Source: an archaeon (lineage in GTDB: Archaea > Nanobdellota > Nanobdellia > Pacearchaeales > UBA284). Taken from it: a stretch of 64,000 bases of DNA. A program made the position numbers and the translations under genes. Within the stretch, counting starts at the first letter, position 1. Each line of letters begins with the position of its first letter. The notes beneath the pieces were generated by a model. That model ran no database searches and was not told the origin of the DNA. It saw nothing but the letters and a program-made list of their open reading frames with translations. Positions 59,981 to 64,000 of this stretch are shown one piece after another. The stretch covers positions 239,558 to 303,557 of the forward strand of contig CP070794.1 of NCBI GenBank assembly GCA_020343435.1. The letters are read 5' to 3'.

Positions 59981-61430
59981 ATTCCAGTTTATCCTGCTGG
60001 AGAATGCTGCTATCTAGCTTGGACTAAGCCATGCAAGTCCTTCGAGAGAAGGCAAACTGCTGAGTAACACGTAGCTAATCTACCCTTAGTTCTGGAATAA
60101 CTTCGGGAAACTGAGGATAATACCAGATAGGTAATAATGATTGGAATATCTTATCATTCAAAACTTTGGTGACTAAGGATGAGGCTGCGGCCTATCAGGT
60201 TGTTGTCGGGGTAAAAGCCCAACAAGCCGATGACGGGTAGGGGCGCTGAGAGGCGGAGCCCCCAGAAGGACTCTGAGACACTAGTCCTAGCCCTACGGGG
60301 TGCAGCAGGCGCGAAACTTTTGCAATGCTCGAAAGAGTGACAAAGCAAGCTAGAGTGTGTTTCCATATTGGAAACACTTTTGTCTTGTGTAAAAAGCAAG
60401 ATGAATAAGGGCTGGGTAAGACCGGTGCCAGCAGCCGCGGTAATACCGGCGGCCCAAGTGGTATTCGCATTTACTGGGTCTAAAACATTCGTAGCCGGCC
60501 TTGTAAGTCTTTTGTTAAACTTTTACGCTTAACGTAAAACTTGCAGAAGATACTGCGAGGCTAGGGACTGGGAGACGTGATGAGTACGATAAGGGTAGCG
60601 GTAAAATGCTCTGATCCTTATTGGACTAACAATGGCGAAGGCACATCACGAGAACAGCTCCGACGGTGAGGAATGAAAGCCAAGGGCGCAAAACGGATTA
60701 GATACCCGTGTAGTCTTGGCTGTAAACGCTGCCCACTAAACATTGTGATCTCCTCGAGAGATTGCGGTGCTGTAGCGAAGGCGGAAGTGGGCTACCTGGG
60801 AAGTATAGTCGCAAGATCGAAACTTAAAGGAATTGGCGGGGAGACACTACAAGGGGTGATCGCGTGCGGTTTAATTAGATTTCACACCGTGAACCTCACC
60901 AGGAGCGACAGCAGAATGAAGGTCAGATTAAAGTTCTTACCTGACACGCTGAGAGGAGATGCATGGCCGTCGTCAGCCTGTGTTGTGAGATGATCTGTTA
61001 AATCAGGTAACAGGCGAGACCCGTGTTTGTAGTTGCTATTCGGTAAGAAAGCACACTACAGAGACTGCCTTCGTAAGGAGGAGGAAGGTGCGGGCAACGA
61101 TAGGTGAGTACGTCCCGAATCCCCTGGGCTACACGCGCGCGTCAATGGTAGTAACAATGGGATGCAATGTCGAAAGGCAAAGCTAACCCCCTAAATGCTA
61201 TCTTAGTCCAGATTGAGGTTTGCAACTCAACCTCATGACGATGGAATCCCTAGTAATCGGACGTTAGCAGCGTCCGGTGAATACGTCCCTGTCTCTTGCA
61301 CACACCGCCCATCAATCCGACCGAGTTATATCTGGGTGAAGCTTTCTCGAAGAGAAGAGCCTTGGTATGGCAAGGTAGGGTAAGTTGTCACAAGGTATCC
61401 GTAGGGGAACCTGCGGATGGATCACCTCCT
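59981..61430 (+). rRNA. rrs: 16S rRNA (archaeal)
   Basis: The 5' end ATTCCAGTTTATCCTGCTGG matches archaeal ATTCCGGTTGATCCTGCCGG. GTGCCAGCAGCCGCGGTAATACCGGCGGCC is present. The 3' end is GGATCACCTCCT. Confidence 0.95.
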
Positions 61431-61491
61431 ATTTAAATTTCAGTGTACTTGAGCTAAAGGTTTTTAAAATTAGAATCATAATTTTAATGAT

Positions 61492-61591
61492 GGGCCTGTA
61501 GCTTAATGGTAGAGCGCTGCCCTTGCAACGATTTTTCCTTTGGGAAAAGCAAGAAAGGCAGAGGTTCTGGGTTCAAATCCCAGCAGGTCCA
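61492..61591 (+). tRNA. tRNA-Ala (anticodon UGC) with a 28-nt intron, located in the 16S-23S spacer
   Basis: Acceptor GGGCCTG/CAGGTCC gives the G3:U70 Ala identity pair. Anticodon stem CTGCC/GGCAG around loop CTTGCAA. Intron about 61528-61555 with a TTTTCC/GGAAAA hairpin. T-arm CTGGG-TTCAAAT-CCCAG. Confidence 0.85.
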
Positions 61592-61721
61592 TGTCTTTCT
61601 AATTCATGTTCAACAATTAGATGATGATAGCAATTAATCTTGTTATCTGAGTTGATACTTATAGTAGATGAAACACCATAGTAGGAAAGCTTTAGATAGA
61701 TGTCTAAAAGAAGAATTTAGG

Positions 61722-64000
<2,279 letters not shown>

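Overview
This is a very AT-rich, extremely gene-dense archaeal chromosome segment. By inference it comes from a small-genome DPANN-type archaeon. The grounds are an archaeal replication/transcription/translation core, intron-bearing tRNAs, mostly leaderless promoters, little metabolism and several bacterial-type add-ons. I call about 70 protein genes, 4 tRNAs (Val-CAC, Asn-GUU with a 38-nt intron, Ile-GAU, Ala-UGC with a 28-nt intron) and a 16S-tRNAAla-23S operon that runs off the right edge. Recognisable genes include: metG core plus a separate Trbp111-like domain; nrdR-nrdD-nrdG; a three-gene BCR/HAD-type (PlsA/PlsR-like) cassette; a TrmB regulator; a Kef-type antiporter; cca; AMP phosphorylase; Memo; aIF5B, aIF1A, aIF2-beta and aIF2-gamma; Dim2-like KH protein; trm5; MCM plus an RPA2-like OB protein; TBP; EF-2; S7, S12, L15e and S6e; pta-ackA; a DHH phosphoesterase; deoxyhypusine synthase; a transglutaminase-like exoprotein; and bacterial-type lgt. 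No CRISPR array, transposase, integrase or recognisable defence system was seen. The main unexplained signal is a second class of about 25 ORFs (roughly 15 kb). Their proteins are R/G/P/D/E/W-rich and I cannot place almost any of them in a family. They are interleaved one by one among the K/I/N-rich core genes and wired into the native promoter and operon grammar. One sits translationally coupled between rps12 and rps7. Two share a conserved TATA-plus-18-nt 5' module, and two others share an identical 19-nt promoter. All functional calls rest on motif recognition by eye; no database search was run.
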